Shown one piece after another: positions 62,009 to 64,000 of a DNA stretch of 64,000 bases (position 1 is its first letter; each line of letters begins with the position of its first letter). Origin of the DNA: a bacterium (GTDB lineage Bacteria; SAR324; NAC60-12). The stretch is taken from contig CBDBHR010000023.1 in assembly GCA_965205865.1 (NCBI GenBank), forward strand, positions 64,001-128,000, given 5' to 3'. The position numbers were made by a program, and so were the translations under genes. The notes under the pieces were generated by a model. It saw nothing but the letters and a program-made list of their open reading frames with translations. It did not search any database and was not told the origin of the DNA.

Positions 62009-62730
62009 GGGGTCAGGCCTTTTATTATTTCATTTGACGTTTCATTCTTCAAATAAACTATCCCGGAGCAAGCTCTCTCGTTGAGGCTCGACTTTCGTTT
62101 CGCTCGAGCGGAGTATTTTGTCGGATTATCTTTTTTTCAACGCAGCAACGGTACGTCGAGCGGCTTCGGCGAGTCAGACCCGAAAGAGATTAATAGTTTT
62201 TCCTCAATTTCTTTCATCCTGTTTACCAAATCTTTGTCTGTTTTGGCGCGTTTTAGCAAAATTCGAATGGCATTGCTTAAGGTGACGCCATCTCGACCAC
62301 AACGCTCTCCCCAGACTTCCAATGTTAGATTTTCTGATTTTCGCACTATCCAGGCAACAACCAACCTTGCTTCAAAGGGTTTTCTTTCTTTCCTTTGGCA
62401 AAGAGTTGTTTTTCAGTGATGCGATACAATTGACAAACCGCCTGAATAATTTCTTCCAACTCCAATGTTTTGTGAATGGGCTCTCCCGCTTGTTGTAAGG
62501 CACTTTCCGCAAAGTGATCATCTCCCAAAATCCTTGCTTCTTTATTCCCTTTTTCGAACTCGGGGCGTAGGGTGTCCTCCAGGGCTTCCTCAACATAGCG
62601 ACGATACATCCGGCGAGCTTGACCTAGTTTTCTTGCCATTTTTCCTCCCGGTTGCTCTCAAGTCTGGAACTATGCTAACCAGAGAATTTAACAAAATACA
62701 ATTTAATCATTTAATCAAAGGCCTGACCCC
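62009..62730 (-). mobile_element. TIR-bounded, deleted RAYT/Y1-transposase-like element (copy 2)
   Basis: Ends GGGGTCAGGCCTTTTATTA and TAATCAAAGGCCTGACCCC (18/19). Only a frameshifted C-terminal coding remnant remains. Confidence 0.65.
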
Positions 62731-62750
62731 TATCAGCGGAGGCCCGGCGG

Positions 62751-63197
62751 TTGATAGAGTTTGCCAAATTCCACCCCGAAGGAAAGCGTGCGTTTGGCAT
62801 GTACGGGCCCCCTGATATACCGGCAGCGTGCGTTCACGCTAACGCCAACACGTTGCTCGGCCTTATTCTCGAGACTCCGGAGGCACTCAAGCACTTGGAC
62901 GAGATTCTCATCCCCGGGATAGACGTGGTCTGGGTAGGCCATGCCGATCTCTCACAACTGCTGGGTAGAGCCGGCCAGTTTGACTATCTCCGGATAATTG
63001 AAGCCAGAGACCACGTCCGTGCCATGTGCCAGAGGAAAGGGATAGCGTTCTGTCAGTGGGCTATACCGCCCACTGCAAGCAAGGTGAAATCATTGTTGGA
63101 GAGTGGCATTCGTTGGATAGCGTACGGATCGGATTTATTTTTTCTGGAGCGTGAAGCGCGAAATGCGGTCGATGAGATCGCAGCTTGGCGCGGTTGA
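62751..63197 (+). pseudogene. HpcH/HpaI aldolase-family 3' fragment
   Basis: KFHPEGKRAF, ILETPEAL..LDEI..PGIDVVWVGHADLS and GSD; the N-terminal half is absent. Confidence 0.75.
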
Positions 63198-63455
63198 TGA
63201 GGTGAGTGAGCAGGGTTATCTCACCCCGGTAATAGCGGAAAAAAGGGGACTGATTTATTTAAAAATGTGAGATCATTTTCTATCATCAATGATGAATCCT
63301 TTAGAAAAGGGGTCAAGTCTTTTTTAGCTTTAAAGAAAAACCTTACCGAATTAGGGAACGGATTTCCAAGTAGAGGGGTATCGCTTTCCGCTTAAAAACG
63401 ACTGTCTGTTTGTCGGGAGCCGTTATCGCTTCAGAGAACCGATCTTTCAAAAACC

Positions 63456-63540
63456 AGGCAACGCTGAGTTCACCGGTGTCTTTTTGCAGAGCGAGGAACG
63501 AGCAGCGCAGAAAGGCATCCGGCGCAACGTTTTGTTCGGC
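63456..63540 (-). other. attC-like integron recombination site
   Basis: Minus strand GCCGAAC-AAAACG-TTGCGCCGG...CCGGTGAA-CTCAGC-GTTGCCT, 85 bp, 17 bp after the stop codon of the upstream gene. Confidence 0.6.
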
Positions 63541-63557
63541 ATTTTGTTCCAAGAAGT

Positions 63558-64000
63558 TTATTGAAACGATTTAGGATGAAAATTTTCGGGTACTCGAAGT
63601 GCAAAAGTCTCATCATGGATCTTAGCTAAGTAAATCCCTGACTGGATCACTCGTTTTTCTAATTCTTCGAGACTATCTACGCAGGCTAAGATCCCATAGA
63701 GTTCTTTGTCTTGATGTTCAGGAAAGAAGGTAGGAAAGGTTTCTAAGTGTTTTAATATTTGTTGCAGCCCCTCTTCACGTAAGTGGCTTTTTATCTCAAC
63801 TATATAGGCTTGATGAATATCAGAATTGGCATAAGCCAAGACATCTAATTCCATCGTATGACCATTTTTTTTAGATTTGACTCGTAGACCAACCACATCC
63901 ATTTTAAATTGTTCACGCAACAATTTTTCCATCGAAGGGACAGCGATCCCTTCTGTGAAGCTTCCAAATTTTTCTCCAAGTCCTCCAATTTGTTTGCCAA
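63558..64000 (-). CDS. PD-(D/E)XK-like protein (DUF3782-associated type), 5' end outside window
   Basis: GKQIGGLGEKFGSFTEG...ELDVLAYAN...IVEIKSHL...FPTFFPEH; the frame stays open to the window edge. Confidence 0.75.
   Translation of the reverse strand, partial: GKQIGGLGEKFGSFTEGIAVPSMEKLLREQFKMDVVGLRVKSKKNGHTMELDVLAYANSDIHQAYIVEIKSHLREEGLQQILKHLETFPTFFPEHQDKELYGILACVDSLEELEKRVIQSGIYLAKIHDETFALRVPENFHPKSFQ

Overview
Bacterial chromosome window. The housekeeping genes look deltaproteobacterial or SAR324-like, but that is a low-confidence inference. The left half (about 3-35 kb) is mostly core genes: coaBC, cytochrome c4, groES/groEL with two CIRCE operators, dksA, lptE, tRNA-Arg, an intact five-gene Opp/Dpp-family ABC importer, atuA/atuC/atuF, a c-type cytochrome, pgk, cimA, uvrC and recO. 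It is interrupted by IS256, an ISNCY/IS5-like element, MITEs and a degenerate group II intron. The right half (about 36-64 kb) is a recombined, decaying array of peptide-ABC paralogues (SBP, dppB, dppC) interleaved with toxin-antitoxin pairs, Rpn-like genes, RAYT-like remnants, IS1380, a second group II intron and an attC-like site. Three observations stand out. (1) A stand-alone 94-aa GIY-YIG nuclease gene is bracketed by a perfect 28-bp inverted pair of TGTCA-tagged REP palindromes, and gene-less doublets of the same REP family occur four more times; this is a candidate nuclease-driven REP/REPIN-type mobile system. (2) A BlaI repressor gene is followed by a BlaR1/M56 metalloprotease fused in frame to a complete family-5 solute-binding protein, directly upstream of an ABC permease. 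(3) An RT-deleted IIC-like intron sits in one of the REPs, with empty and occupied sites side by side. All calls come from reading the sequence; no database searches were run.
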